From an uncultured Nitrososphaerota archaeon (GTDB taxonomy: Archaea > Thermoproteota > Methanomethylicia > Culexarchaeales > Culexmicrobiaceae): 64,000 bases of DNA. The position numbers and the translations under genes were made by a program. Numbering within the stretch: position 1 is the first letter of the stretch; the number at the start of each line of letters is the position of its first letter. The stretch covers positions 3,880 through 67,879 of the forward strand of contig CAYWZQ010000010.1 of assembly GCA_964462875.1 (NCBI GenBank). The letters are read 5' to 3'. The notes under the pieces were generated by a model. The model had not been told where the DNA came from. It ran no database searches and saw nothing but the letters and a program-made list of their open reading frames with translations. Below are positions 46,543 through 56,531 of this stretch, piece by piece.

Positions 46543-47994
46543 TCAACCTTTAGTTACGCCTAAGGGAACCATTCTGGCCACTAGAGTGGCTATACCAACT
46601 TTATGTGATACCTGTGCTACACGGTCTATGTCTTTATATGCCTGCGGAGCTTCCTCCGTAATTACACGCATGCTTGCTGCTCTAATAAGAATACCCCTGG
46701 CTTCTAATTGCCTTCTTATTTGAGAAGCCCCGAAACGTCTCTTGGCATCAGCTCTGCTTAGTAATCTACCAGCTCCATGAGCTGTTGAACCAAAGCTTAT
46801 TTCCATAGCCTTGGGCTGGCCAAGTAATATGTAAGAGGCAGTCCCCATGGAACCAGGTATCAATACTGGTTGTCCAACGCTTCTATACTTCTCCGGTATC
46901 TCTGGATGACCTCTTGGAAATGCTCGTGTCGCGCCCTTGCGATGAACAAATACTTTCTTCTTTTCACCATTTATTCTATGCTCCTCCAGCTTAGCGATGT
47001 TATGTGCTACATCATATATTAATCTCAAGCCCAGCGATTCAGCTGATTGCCTAAATACTCTCTCAAAAGCTTGCCTCGTCCAATGAGTTATACACTGCCT
47101 ATTTGCCCATGCAAAATTGCATGCAGCGGACATTGCTGCAAAGTAATCTTCTGCTTCTCTGCTTTTTGCTGGGGCACATACTAGCTCCCTATCAGGTAGC
47201 CTGATTCCATACTTTCTGACCGCGCGCTCCATTATATGCAGATAGTCAGAGCATACTTGATGACCGAAGCCTCTAGACCCTGTATGGATCATTATGGTTA
47301 CTTGACCTTCATGTGTTATGCCAAAACGCCTTGCAGTTTCTGGATCATATATTTTATCAACGTATTGAATTTCTAGGAAGTGATTACCGCTACCCAATGT
47401 GCCAAGCTGCCTCGACCCCCTATCCTTTGCTCTACTAGACACTTTATCGGGATCGGCAGCAGCCATTCTACCGCTCTCCTCACAAAATTCAGAATCCTCC
47501 TCCCATCCATAGCCCTGTTCAATTGCCCAGTGAACACCATCAATTAGCACTTCGTCTAGCTCTCCGCGAGATAACCTTATTTTCCCAGTCGACCCCACAC
47601 CTGAGGGAACCAACCTAAATATTGTATCGAGAAGCTCGGGTAAGACCTTAATTACATCCTCCTTATCTAAATCCGTCCTGATTATTCGAACACCACAGTT
47701 TATATCGTATCCAACACCACCGGGGCTAATGACACCTTCCTCAGCATCAATAGCAGCCACACCGCCTATCGGGAAACCATAGCCCTGATGACCATCCGGA
47801 AGAACTATAGCGAACTTGTATATACCAGGCAGATGCGCAACGTTTACGCACTGCTCTAACGTAAGGTCACGCTGCATTTTCTCCAGCAAGTATTCATCAG
47901 CATAAATCCTTCCCGGAACCCTCATTCCAGGCTTTGTTCCCTTTGGAATTTCCCATACATATGTACCTATCTTTTTAAGTGGAACTCTCACCAT
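46543..47994 (-). CDS. rtcB: RNA-splicing ligase RtcB
   Basis: MVRVPLKKIGTYVWEIPKG..., DGHQGYGFPIGGV, GGVGYDINCG, GSGNHF, HTGSRGFGHQ, GTTAHGAGR-like motifs. ATG 47994 is preferred; the 70 extra N-terminal residues in the track are non-homologous. Confidence 0.93.
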   Translation of the reverse strand: MVRVPLKKIGTYVWEIPKGTKPGMRVPGRIYADEYLLEKMQRDLTLEQCVNVAHLPGIYKFAIVLPDGHQGYGFPIGGVAAIDAEEGVISPGGVGYDINCGVRIIRTDLDKEDVIKVLPELLDTIFRLVPSGVGSTGKIRLSRGELDEVLIDGVHWAIEQGYGWEEDSEFCEESGRMAAADPDKVSSRAKDRGSRQLGTLGSGNHFLEIQYVDKIYDPETARRFGITHEGQVTIMIHTGSRGFGHQVCSDYLHIMERAVRKYGIRLPDRELVCAPAKSREAEDYFAAMSAACNFAWANRQCITHWTRQAFERVFRQSAESLGLRLIYDVAHNIAKLEEHRINGEKKKVFVHRKGATRAFPRGHPEIPEKYRSVGQPVLIPGSMGTASYILLGQPKAMEISFGSTAHGAGRLLSRADAKRRFGASQIRRQLEARGILIRAASMRVITEEAPQAYKDIDRVAQVSHKVGIATLVARMVPLGVTKG

Positions 47995-48063
47995 ACTAAA
48001 TCCCCTAAATAAAGAGAGGTGAGAGAGAAAAAACTTTTTGGTAGTGATGTGATAAAGATTCTG

Positions 48064-48531
48064 ATGAAAGTTAAAATAGTGAGAAGGCTTTACCCCGAGG
48101 ACATACTCAAAATCGAAAAGAAACTGGAAAGGAAAACTGGCATGACATTTGAGGAATTTGAAGAAAAATTCAATAAGGGGGCAAGGACAGGCGAATACTG
48201 GCACCTATATGTTGGGTGGGCGAAAATACATCGCGCATACAAGGTTTATGAGGAAGAGGGAGAAGTAGATATAACACAGAAGAAAGCATTGAATATAACT
48301 ATAAAAGAGTTACTCAAAATTTTAACAGAAAAGAAGATTGAATTAATAGATGAAATAAGAAAAGGAGCAAATTCAATTAGTAATTTAGCTAGGAGAGTCA
48401 AGAGGGATGTAACCAATGTTCATAGAGATCTAAAAATACTTGAAAAATATGGGATAATTAGGCTTGAAAAAGATGGGAAAAGACTACGACCCAAATTACT
48501 AGTGAAACAAATTATCCTAGAGTTCACTTAA
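48064..48531 (+). CDS. Winged-helix (MarR/ArsR-like) HTH protein
   Basis: The C-terminal IRKGANSISNLARRVKRDVTNVHRDLKILEKYGIIRLEKDGK resembles a wHTH. It is divergent from rtcB. The start is taken at MKVKIV; the track start is GTG 48019. Confidence 0.5.
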   Translation: MKVKIVRRLYPEDILKIEKKLERKTGMTFEEFEEKFNKGARTGEYWHLYVGWAKIHRAYKVYEEEGEVDITQKKALNITIKELLKILTEKKIELIDEIRKGANSISNLARRVKRDVTNVHRDLKILEKYGIIRLEKDGKRLRPKLLVKQIILEFT

Positions 48532-48538
48532 ACAAAAA

Positions 48539-48976
48539 CTATATGTCAAGAACAAACTTAACAACACAATTGCCTGGCTCATCAATTATCTCCATTAGAG
48601 AGTATGTTACAGCTTTAACCTCAACCTTCCTTGGATGCTTTAATGGATCAAATTCCTCACCATATGCTATAGCTTCAAGAACGAATTTCTCTTCTTCTAT
48701 TTTCTCAAGACGTTTAATTTCAAATTTTGAAAAAACAAGAAGATCTACATTGAAAATATATAGTAGTTCCTCTAACCAAGAGCAGAGGAGCGATTCTAGA
48801 TCGAAACCCTCAACTCTTATTTTCCTCTCAATTTTAGGCTCTATTGTTGAAATTTCAGTCATAACTTGGAACATTGCTTTGGCTGCATTAGCAAATGCCT
48901 CTTTGAGATCTTTGCCGTATGCAGCAATATAAACATCGGCTGTGTGATCAAGAAATTCGAATTCAGGCTTATGCAT
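48539..48976 (-). CDS. Archease (RtcB activator)
   Basis: FEFLDHTADVYIAAYGKDLKEAFANAAKAMFQVM...VKAVTYSLMEI is the archease signature. Confidence 0.9.
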   Translation of the reverse strand: MHKPEFEFLDHTADVYIAAYGKDLKEAFANAAKAMFQVMTEISTIEPKIERKIRVEGFDLESLLCSWLEELLYIFNVDLLVFSKFEIKRLEKIEEEKFVLEAIAYGEEFDPLKHPRKVEVKAVTYSLMEIIDEPGNCVVKFVLDI

Positions 48977-49054
48977 ACACTATATATCCTCCTATTCTGC
49001 TTTCACCTTGCTGGCAAAGAGATTATATAATTGATTGCATTTAAGATTTTGTGA

Positions 49055-49166
49055 GCCGGGGTGGCCGAGTGGACTAAATGAGCTTAAAGCTCAGGTTAAG
49101 GCGCAGGCCTTGAGAGCCTGTGCCCCATTACGGGGTGCGTGGGTTCGAATCCCACCCCCGGCGCCA
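49055..49166 (+). tRNA. tRNA-Ser (anticodon UGA) with a ~21-nt intron at a non-canonical position in the D-loop/D-arm; CCA encoded
   Basis: GCCGGGGTGGCCGAGTGGACTAA[ATGAGCTTAAAGCTCAGGTTA]AGGCGCAGGCCTTGAGAGCCTG... Removing the bracketed segment (about 49078-49098) restores a normal type II D-arm. The anticodon loop is CUUGAGA. The intron contains the hairpin GAGCT-TAA-AGCTC. Confidence 0.8.
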
Positions 49167-49310
49167 AATTCGAATCTTAAATAGTTTATTGCTGATAGCG
49201 GATAGCATACTACTATAAAAGTGAATGATTAAGTCTAAATAGAATTGGTATAATTAATGCTTTGAAAAATTGAAGAAAATGTTTAAGTGCTTTGAATTTA
49301 AACGTGGTTC

Positions 49311-49628
49311 CTAGGTTAATTCTATTTCTATTCTCACATCATCGGGCACTCTTATCCTCATTATTTGCCTCATTGTTCTTTCATCAGCATCTATGTCTAT
49401 GAGCCTCTTATGTATCCTCATTTCAAATCTATCCCAGGTTTTTGTTCCTTCACCGCATGGAGAACGCATTGTCACTATGACGAGCCTCTTAGTTGGCAGC
49501 GGTATTGGGCCAGACATTTTAACTCCTGTTTTCTGGGCAATTCTCTTTATTTGCTCACATACTTCGTTTAGTTTCTTTGCATCAGTGCTCGTCAACCGTA
49601 TTCTGGCCTTTCTTACCATCTCTTGCAC
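49311..49628 (-). CDS. rps10: 30S ribosomal protein S10
   Basis: [43 protein letters not shown]. Confidence 0.93.
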   Translation of the reverse strand: MQEMVRKARIRLTSTDAKKLNEVCEQIKRIAQKTGVKMSGPIPLPTKRLVIVTMRSPCGEGTKTWDRFEMRIHKRLIDIDADERTMRQIMRIRVPDDVRIEIELT

Positions 49629-49646
49629 CTCGCTGAGCTATTGAAC

Positions 49647-50948
49647 TTAGCTTACTTTGGCAGGCTTTAACTCCACAACTATGCCTGCAGCAATTGTTCT
49701 GCCCATATCTCTAATAGCAAATCTTCCGAGCTGAGGGAAGTCAGCATACTTTTCAATGCATACAGGCCTTATGGGCTTAAATCTCACTAGTGCACTTTCA
49801 CCCTGTTTTAAGTATGTAGGCTTCTCCTCTATCGTTGCTCCACTTCTCGGATCTATCTTTTTAATTAATTCAACAAACTTAACGGCTACTGTCGCAGTGT
49901 GAACATGCATAACAGGTGTGTATCCGGCTGCTATGGCTGTTGGGTGATACAATATGAATATTCTGCCTACGAACTCTTCTGCCACTGTTGGCGGATTAGT
50001 TGTATGGCCACATACATCACCTCTTCTAATATCGGTTCTCGCAACACCTCTAACATTAAATCCTATATTGTCTCCGGGTATGGCCTTTGGAATTCTTTGA
50101 TGATGCATTTCAATAGACTTTACTTCTCCAACCTTATTCGGCGGCATGAAGACTACTTTATCGCCTACTTTGAGAACACCAGTTTCAACTCTTCCGACAG
50201 GTACTGTTCCAACACCAGTAATTGAGTAGACATCTTGGATTGGTATTCTTAGAGGCTTATCAACTGGTCTAGGTGGTGGTTCCAGCATGTCTAATGCTTC
50301 GACTAGGGTTGGTCCATCATACCACGTCATCCTTTCACTTTTAATAACAAGGTTATCACCATACCACGCTGACACTGGTACGAAATGTATCTTGCTTACA
50401 TTGTATCCTATTGCCCTTAAGTACTTCGCAACACCCTGTCTAACTTCCTCATATCTTTCCTTACTCCAGTTAACTGTTGGATCATCCATTTTATTTATTG
50501 CGACAACTATTTGGTTAACGCCTAGAGTTTTTGCCAAGAAGGCATGCTCCCTCGTTTGACCAGCAGCGCTCATGCCAGCTTCATACTCACCCTTCTTTGC
50601 GGATACAACGAGAACTGCTGCATCTGCTTGGGAAGCACCTGTTATCATGTTCTTAACGAAGTCTCTATGCCCTGGTGCGTCAATTATGGTGAAGTAGTAT
50701 TTTGGAGTCTCGAATTTCCAGAATGATAAATCTATTGTTAAGCCCCTCTCTCTTTCCTCCTTTAACTTATCCATGATCCAAGCATACTTAAATGACTCCT
50801 TGCCTATCTTCTTAGACTCCTCCTCTAGTAACCTCATAGTTCTCTCGTCAACATTTCCAGTTAAGTATAGTAGGTGTCCCATTAGTGTGCTCTTACCGTG
50901 ATCTACATGACCTATAACTACCAAGTTCAAGTGAGGCTTCTCAGACAT
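49647..50948 (-). CDS. tuf: Translation elongation factor 1-alpha
   Basis: [21 protein letters not shown], full-length 433 aa. Confidence 0.97.
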   Translation of the reverse strand: MSEKPHLNLVVIGHVDHGKSTLMGHLLYLTGNVDERTMRLLEEESKKIGKESFKYAWIMDKLKEERERGLTIDLSFWKFETPKYYFTIIDAPGHRDFVKNMITGASQADAAVLVVSAKKGEYEAGMSAAGQTREHAFLAKTLGVNQIVVAINKMDDPTVNWSKERYEEVRQGVAKYLRAIGYNVSKIHFVPVSAWYGDNLVIKSERMTWYDGPTLVEALDMLEPPPRPVDKPLRIPIQDVYSITGVGTVPVGRVETGVLKVGDKVVFMPPNKVGEVKSIEMHHQRIPKAIPGDNIGFNVRGVARTDIRRGDVCGHTTNPPTVAEEFVGRIFILYHPTAIAAGYTPVMHVHTATVAVKFVELIKKIDPRSGATIEEKPTYLKQGESALVRFKPIRPVCIEKYADFPQLGRFAIRDMGRTIAAGIVVELKPAKVS

Positions 50949-51039
50949 ACGATCACCCTGAAACCACTTCGGCGAAACTAATCTTGAAACCAGCTATTTA
51001 AGGTTTTTGCGTATTACTCATAAAAACTTATTGATCTCC

Positions 51040-51627
51040 TTATCGTGAAGATAAAGCTATTCGCTCTATTTCCTCCTTTTTCTGGATGGCATAAGACCTG
51101 GAATCGTTTCTTGCAGCCAATATTATTTCTTCAGCTAAACATTCCTCAATGCTCTTCGGGTTACTGAAGGAGGCTTTCCTTGCACCCTCAGTTATGAAGC
51201 GGAGAGCCAAATCAAGCCGCCTAAGAGGAGATATATCTACTGCTTGATGATAGACTATTCCGCCATACACTATTCTAGTGGTCTCCTCTCTTGGAGCAGC
51301 GTTTTCGAGGGCTCTAACAAGGACTTGTATTGGATTTTCACCAGTTCGCAAGTGAATTATTTCGAAGGCATGCTTCACAATGTTGGTTGCCAATGCCTTT
51401 TTACCCATATTTTTTCCAGGCCTCATAATTTTATTTATCAATCTCTCAACTATTGGCACCTCCGCTTTACCAAAGTGCTTGTGCTCGTGTCTACCACCAG
51501 TATGTGGTAAAAAGACAGGCTTTAAGCAAATATACCTTTTAAGGCCTGGATCGCGCACCTCAACATCATCATAGGACCACTTGCCGAAGAGCCTAATTTC
51601 AATGCTCTGCTCACTCACTTCAATCAC
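51040..51627 (-). CDS. rps7: 30S ribosomal protein S7
   Basis: 195 aa, archaeal S7 sequence ([21 protein letters not shown]...). Confidence 0.93.
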   Translation of the reverse strand: MIEVSEQSIEIRLFGKWSYDDVEVRDPGLKRYICLKPVFLPHTGGRHEHKHFGKAEVPIVERLINKIMRPGKNMGKKALATNIVKHAFEIIHLRTGENPIQVLVRALENAAPREETTRIVYGGIVYHQAVDISPLRRLDLALRFITEGARKASFSNPKSIEECLAEEIILAARNDSRSYAIQKKEEIERIALSSR

Positions 51628-51704
51628 CGCGAATATTATCGCTGTAGCTATAGAATTTAAGGGGTATCAATAAATGTTTCGCTCGCATCGAAAAACTTAA
51701 AGAA

Positions 51705-52325
51705 ATGGTTAAATTAAACTTACAAGACCACGGTTATATAGTAGTGGGGAGGGGGAATATCTTGTTTGAAGTAAGATGGCATGGAAGGGGAGGGCAAGGC
51801 GCTTGGACTGCTAGCAATCTATTAGCAGCGGCTGCTTTAAGGGAAAACAAGTATGTTCAGTCATTTCCAACGTTTGGGCCCGAAAGGATGGGGGCGCCAA
51901 TAATGGCGTTTACCAGAGTTAGCAATGAACCAATAGAGATACACTGCGGCATATATAATCCAGATGCAGTTGTAGTTTTAGACCCCACTTTACTCAGAGC
52001 AGTCCCAGTTCTAGAAGGGCTCAAACCACGCGGATATTTAATAGCCAATTTCAGAGGGAAACCTGAAGAGCTAGCTGATCAACTCGGAATTAGAGGTAAA
52101 GGCTACAAAGTGTATACAGTGGGTGCAACAGATATAGCAGTGGAAATTTTGGGGAGAGGAATAACGAATACTGCAATGCTTGGAGCATTAGTGAAAGCCA
52201 CTGGCCTAGTAAAGTTAGATAGCATCTTTGAAGTTTTGAAAGAAAGATTTCCAGGGAAAATTGGAGAGCTTAACGTAAAAGTTGTCGAGAAATCATTTAA
52301 TGAAACAAGGGGGTATGGAGTGTGA
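51705..52325 (+). CDS. porG: Pyruvate/2-ketoisovalerate:ferredoxin oxidoreductase gamma subunit
   Basis: EVRWHGRGGQGAWTASNLLA... Alternative start TTG 51762 is preceded by GGGGAGGGGG. Confidence 0.85.
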   Translation: MVKLNLQDHGYIVVGRGNILFEVRWHGRGGQGAWTASNLLAAAALRENKYVQSFPTFGPERMGAPIMAFTRVSNEPIEIHCGIYNPDAVVVLDPTLLRAVPVLEGLKPRGYLIANFRGKPEELADQLGIRGKGYKVYTVGATDIAVEILGRGITNTAMLGALVKATGLVKLDSIFEVLKERFPGKIGELNVKVVEKSFNETRGYGV

Positions 52326-52591
52326 GCGAGTTAAAGAGTTGGCGCGAGGTTCCAATAGCAGGTGTTTGCTGGAAGCTGTCAACTGAATTTAAGACTGGAG
52401 ACTGGAGAACCTTTAGACCGGTAATTGACCAAGAGAAGTGTGTAAAATGCTTAACCTGCTGGATTTATTGCCCGGATGGAGCAGTAGAATGGAACGGAGA
52501 GCGTGTAGACATAAATTACGAATACTGCAAGGGCTGCGGAATATGTGCAAACGAATGCCCAGTCAAAGCAATAAAAATGGTATTGGAGTGA
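52322..52591 (+). CDS. porD: Pyruvate/2-ketoisovalerate:ferredoxin oxidoreductase delta subunit (2x[4Fe-4S])
   Basis: CVKCLTCWIYCP and CKGCGICANECP ferredoxin motifs; 89 aa. Confidence 0.88.
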   Translation: MSELKSWREVPIAGVCWKLSTEFKTGDWRTFRPVIDQEKCVKCLTCWIYCPDGAVEWNGERVDINYEYCKGCGICANECPVKAIKMVLE

Positions 52592-52601
52592 GGTGAGCTA
52601 A

Positions 52602-53828
52602 GTGGCTACTGAGCAGAGGGTTATGGCCTTAAATGGTGATGAAGCAGTTGCATGGGCAGTTAAGCAGTGCAATGTCGACTTCGTAGCAGCCTACCCCATA
52701 ACTCCACAGACTTTAATAGTGGAGAGATTCTCGGAATTCGTTGCAAATGGAGAGGTGAAAACAGAGTTTGTAGCAGTTGAGTCAGAGCACTCGGCGCTAA
52801 GCGCTTGCATCGGTGCAGCAGCAGTTGGTGCAAGAGCTTTCACTGCAACGGCAGCTAACGGTTTAGCCTTAATGTGGGAAATAGTGTACATAGCTTCAAG
52901 CTTAAGACTGCCAATAGTAATGGCTATAGTTAATAGAGCTCTTTCAGGACCCATATGCATACATTGTGATCACGGAGACTCGATGGGATGTAGAGATGCA
53001 GGATGGATCCAAATTTACTGTGAAGACTCACAGGAAGTTTATGATACAATTATACAGGCATTTAGAATAGGGGAGCACCCAAAAGTTCAACTACCAGTAA
53101 TGGTAATGCTTGACGGATTCGTTCTAAGCCATACCCTCCAAAATGTCAGTCTACTCCCAGACGAAGTTGTCAGACAATTTGTTGGTTATAGGAAGCCCGT
53201 GGAAATAGAAGTCCCATATCTTGGAAAAGTGCCCATGATACTTGATCCAGATAATCCATTGACATTTGGCCCGCTAGACCTCTACGACTACTATTTCGAG
53301 CACAAGATGCAACAACATGAAGCCATGAAAAACGCAAGGCCAGTGATAAAGCAGGTTAATGAAGAATACTATAAGATAAGCGGACGCAAGTATGGGGATG
53401 GATTTATAGACTGCTATGGAGTAGAAGATGCAGATGTAGCAACAATAGTATTAGGCTCAACTGCTGGAACCGTTAGAAGTGTAGTCAAGAAGTTAAGGGA
53501 GAAAGGATATAAAGTGGGAGTTGTTAGGCTCAGAACATTTAGGCCATTCCCCGCAGAAGAGATCATTGAAGCTCTAAAGCACGTAAAAGTAATTGGAGTA
53601 CTAGATCGCTCAGGACCCTTCGGCGGTTTTGGTGCTCCAGTATTTCTTGAAACCAGAGCTGCATTTTATGATCAAGCGGATAGGCCAATAATAGTCAACT
53701 ATGTTTATGGACTCGGTGGAAGAGATATGCATCCCGGCTTAATTAAGCAAGTTTACGATGACCTCCTAAAGATACTGGAAACTAGACGTGTCGAGAGAAT
53801 TGTGAAGTTTATTGGGGTGAGAGAATGA
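52602..53828 (+). CDS. porA: Pyruvate/2-ketoisovalerate:ferredoxin oxidoreductase alpha subunit
   Basis: LNGDEAVAWAVKQCNVDFVAAYPITPQT...; 408 aa; GTG start. Confidence 0.88.
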   Translation: MATEQRVMALNGDEAVAWAVKQCNVDFVAAYPITPQTLIVERFSEFVANGEVKTEFVAVESEHSALSACIGAAAVGARAFTATAANGLALMWEIVYIASSLRLPIVMAIVNRALSGPICIHCDHGDSMGCRDAGWIQIYCEDSQEVYDTIIQAFRIGEHPKVQLPVMVMLDGFVLSHTLQNVSLLPDEVVRQFVGYRKPVEIEVPYLGKVPMILDPDNPLTFGPLDLYDYYFEHKMQQHEAMKNARPVIKQVNEEYYKISGRKYGDGFIDCYGVEDADVATIVLGSTAGTVRSVVKKLREKGYKVGVVRLRTFRPFPAEEIIEALKHVKVIGVLDRSGPFGGFGAPVFLETRAAFYDQADRPIIVNYVYGLGGRDMHPGLIKQVYDDLLKILETRRVERIVKFIGVRE

Positions 53829-54781
53829 GCTTAAGCTTAAACTTAAGGGAATTGGCTAAAAAGCCTAAACTTCTACTTCCCGGACACCGACTATGTGCTG
53901 GATGCGGAGCATCCATAATTGTGAGACAAGTGCTGCTCGCTTCAAGAGGGCCAGTAATACTGGTTAATGCAACCGGCTGCTTGGAAGTCGCAACAACAAT
54001 CTATCCCTACACATCATGGAAAGTTCCATGGATACACGTAGCATTTGAAAACGCTGCAGCCGTTGCATCAGGCATTGAATCTGCAATTAAAGCTTTGAAG
54101 AGGAGAAATGCCTATAAGCATGACCAAGTAGATATAATAGCATTTGCAGGTGATGGAGGAACCTACGACATCGGAATTCAAGCATTAAGTGGAGCATTTG
54201 AGAGAGGACATGACTTCCTATATGTGCTCTATGATAATGAAGCATACATGAACACTGGAATTCAAAGAAGCGGTGGAACGCCAAGAGGAGCCGCAACAAC
54301 TACTACACCTGCAGGCACAGTCATACCAGGTAAAGCCGAGCATAAGAAACCTATAGCCGATATAGCTGTTGCCCATAAAATACCCTACGTGGCAACTGCT
54401 ACTCCAGCCCACTGGGCAGATTTAATTAGAAAAGCCAGAAAGGGCATGGAGGTTAAGGGACCAGCATTTATGCACACATTCTCCCCATGCCCAAGAGGCT
54501 GGAGGCTGCCACCAGAACAAACGATAAAAATCGCTAAACTGGCAGTTGATACATGCTACTTCCCGCTATGGGAATGCGAAAACGGTCATTGGAGATTGAC
54601 AGATAGAAGCCTCGCCATAGCCAAGAACCCCAAGCTCAAGAAGCCAATTGAGGAATTTCTGAAACCCCAAGGAAGATTTAGGCACCTATTTAAGCCGGAG
54701 AACAAGCACATAATCAAGGAGCTTCAGGAGCACGTTGACGCCGTATGGGAAGACCTACTAAAGAGATGCGAAAACATCTAG
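53825..54781 (+). CDS. porB: Pyruvate/2-ketoisovalerate:ferredoxin oxidoreductase beta subunit
   Basis: CAGCGASI, ATGCLEV, AGDGGTYDIGIQ, SPCPRGW. Confidence 0.88.
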   Translation: MSLSLNLRELAKKPKLLLPGHRLCAGCGASIIVRQVLLASRGPVILVNATGCLEVATTIYPYTSWKVPWIHVAFENAAAVASGIESAIKALKRRNAYKHDQVDIIAFAGDGGTYDIGIQALSGAFERGHDFLYVLYDNEAYMNTGIQRSGGTPRGAATTTTPAGTVIPGKAEHKKPIADIAVAHKIPYVATATPAHWADLIRKARKGMEVKGPAFMHTFSPCPRGWRLPPEQTIKIAKLAVDTCYFPLWECENGHWRLTDRSLAIAKNPKLKKPIEEFLKPQGRFRHLFKPENKHIIKELQEHVDAVWEDLLKRCENI

Positions 54782-54813
54782 CAAACCTAATTTCCTATTA
54801 TTTTATTACGAGG

Positions 54814-54860
54814 AAAATTTTATTTGGAAGATAGCGGTAGCTTCGATAGCTAAGAGGTGG
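54814..54860 (+). promoter_or_regulatory. Possible independent rps12 promoter (A/T-rich TATA-like AAAATTTTATTT) and Shine-Dalgarno GAGGTGG
   Basis: Read in the 83-nt gap between porB and rps12. GAGGTGG ends 5 nt before the ATG. Confidence 0.3.
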
Positions 54861-54864
54861 AAGA

Positions 54865-55308
54865 ATGCCTGGATCAAAATCGCCCAAAGGGCTCTTTGCG
54901 GCTAGGAAACTTAGAATGAAAAGGAAGAAGTTTAGATGGAGTCAGAGAGAGTATAAGCGGAGAATGTTAATGCTAGATATTAAAGCAGATCCATTAGAGG
55001 GAGCCCCACAGGCTAGAGGAATTGTTATAGAGAAAGTTGGAATAGAAAGCAGACAACCAAACTCTGCAGTTAGAAAATGTGTGCGAGTACAGTTAATTAA
55101 GAATGGTAAGCAGGTCACAGCATTTCTCCCCGGAGACGGTGCATTGAATTTCGTGGATGAACATGATGAAGTGATAATTGAGGGTATTGGCGGCCCAATG
55201 GGTAGGTCTTATGGAGATCTCCCGGGAGTTAGATACAAAGTCATTAAAGTAAATGGTGTCTCGCTTAAAGCATTATTAGAGGGTAAAAAGCAGAAGCCAA
55301 TGAGATAG
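54865..55308 (+). CDS. rps12: 30S ribosomal protein S12
   Basis: [11 protein letters not shown]..., [32 protein letters not shown]. Confidence 0.95.
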   Translation: MPGSKSPKGLFAARKLRMKRKKFRWSQREYKRRMLMLDIKADPLEGAPQARGIVIEKVGIESRQPNSAVRKCVRVQLIKNGKQVTAFLPGDGALNFVDEHDEVIIEGIGGPMGRSYGDLPGVRYKVIKVNGVSLKALLEGKKQKPMR

Positions 55309-55340
55309 AATGCCTATTTGCTATTAGCTTGAATTAATAA

Positions 55341-56045
55341 TTAACTTAATTCCCATTTAGCTTTCTTGTCAAGATATTCGCTTAAACTGCAAATTACCCT
55401 GGCTGGCACACCAGCAACAACTGTTCGTGGAGGAACATTCTTTGTGACAACTGCACCAGCAGCTATAACCGCCTCTTCTCCCACGGTTATTCCAGAAATT
55501 AGTACTGAGTTTGCACCTACAATTGCCCCTCTCTTAATTACTACTCCAACCAATCTTCGACTTGGCGGATACTTATCGTTCGTTAAACAGGCTCTTGGCC
55601 CAATGAAAACACCATCCTCTATGACACACCCCCTGGGGATGTAGACGCAGGATTGAATATTGACATTGCTTCCAATTAGCACCTCACCATCAATAACCGT
55701 GTTTGTACCTAGCTTTACATTCCTTCCAATCTTAGTGTTCTCCCTTATCAAAACATTGTGCCCAGTCTCTAATTCATCACCTATTTGAACACGTTCATAG
55801 ATCACGCTTCCAGACCTTATTATGCAGTTTTCACCAATTATGGCACCGCTGCTAACCTCATCATAATGCTTCACATCAACAATTGATGTTTTAATTAAAT
55901 CTTTTAATGTTCGCCTTACCGGGTATCCTATTATCGTATTATTACCTATAAGAGAGCCAGCACCTATTATTGAGGGGCCCAGGATTATGCACTCGCCTTC
56001 CAGCATCACGTTTCTTAGCTTAGCTTTCGAAGATACGTAGTGCAC
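55341..56045 (-). CDS. Left-handed beta-helix (hexapeptide-repeat) acyl/acetyltransferase
   Basis: Repeated [LIV]-G-x4 hexapeptide pattern throughout (IGNNTIIG, IGENCIIRSGSVI, IGRNVKLG, IGSNVNIQ, VGANSVLISGITVG). Confidence 0.75.
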   Translation of the reverse strand: MHYVSSKAKLRNVMLEGECIILGPSIIGAGSLIGNNTIIGYPVRRTLKDLIKTSIVDVKHYDEVSSGAIIGENCIIRSGSVIYERVQIGDELETGHNVLIRENTKIGRNVKLGTNTVIDGEVLIGSNVNIQSCVYIPRGCVIEDGVFIGPRACLTNDKYPPSRRLVGVVIKRGAIVGANSVLISGITVGEEAVIAAGAVVTKNVPPRTVVAGVPARVICSLSEYLDKKAKWELS

Positions 56046-56094
56046 TGCTTAACCCTTTCTAAACTCTACTAAATAATTTAATATTAATACAGCG

Positions 56095-56514
56095 CTAGAC
56101 TATCACTACGTGATCAATGTCAAAGTATCTCTTCGCAATTATTCTGGCTCTACCAATATTTCTTCCCTCTTTGCCTATTGCAAGCCCCTTGTCTTGAGGA
56201 TCTATGGTTACATAGGCAATTTTCTTACCATTTGGAGTTTTTGAAATCTTTACTGCTCTAACTCTAGCAGGCAAAAGGCTATTTCTTATAAAGTCTTCAG
56301 GTCTCTCGGCGTACTCCACTACTTCTATAGTTTTTCCCAACATTCTTTGAAGCCTTTTAACATTGCAACCTCCCTTACCAATAGCTAAGCCCATGTATCC
56401 CGGCCGAACTATGAAAATCAGTCTATTCATTTTATTGTCAATTATGCAGTCCTGAGTAATTGCACCTGTTAAACTTTCAAATAAGGTAATGTACCGCATT
56501 TCCTCAGCTGTCAA
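56095..56514 (-). CDS. nusA: NusA-like transcription termination/antitermination factor (two KH domains)
   Basis: 139 aa; GLAIGKGGCNVKRL and GLAIGKEGRNIGRA KH GxxG motifs; conserved position after rpl30e. Confidence 0.88.
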   Translation of the reverse strand: MTAEEMRYITLFESLTGAITQDCIIDNKMNRLIFIVRPGYMGLAIGKGGCNVKRLQRMLGKTIEVVEYAERPEDFIRNSLLPARVRAVKISKTPNGKKIAYVTIDPQDKGLAIGKEGRNIGRARIIAKRYFDIDHVVIV

Positions 56515-56531
56515 TTTTATAGAGGGTATGT

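Noticed and set aside
47995-48204. 70-residue N-terminal extension of RtcB in the track; possible intein or leader
   Set aside because: The extension is hydrophobic/Phe-rich, non-homologous, and overlaps the divergent wHTH gene. RtcB homology starts at MVRVPLKK (47994), and the 483-aa length shows no intein insertion.
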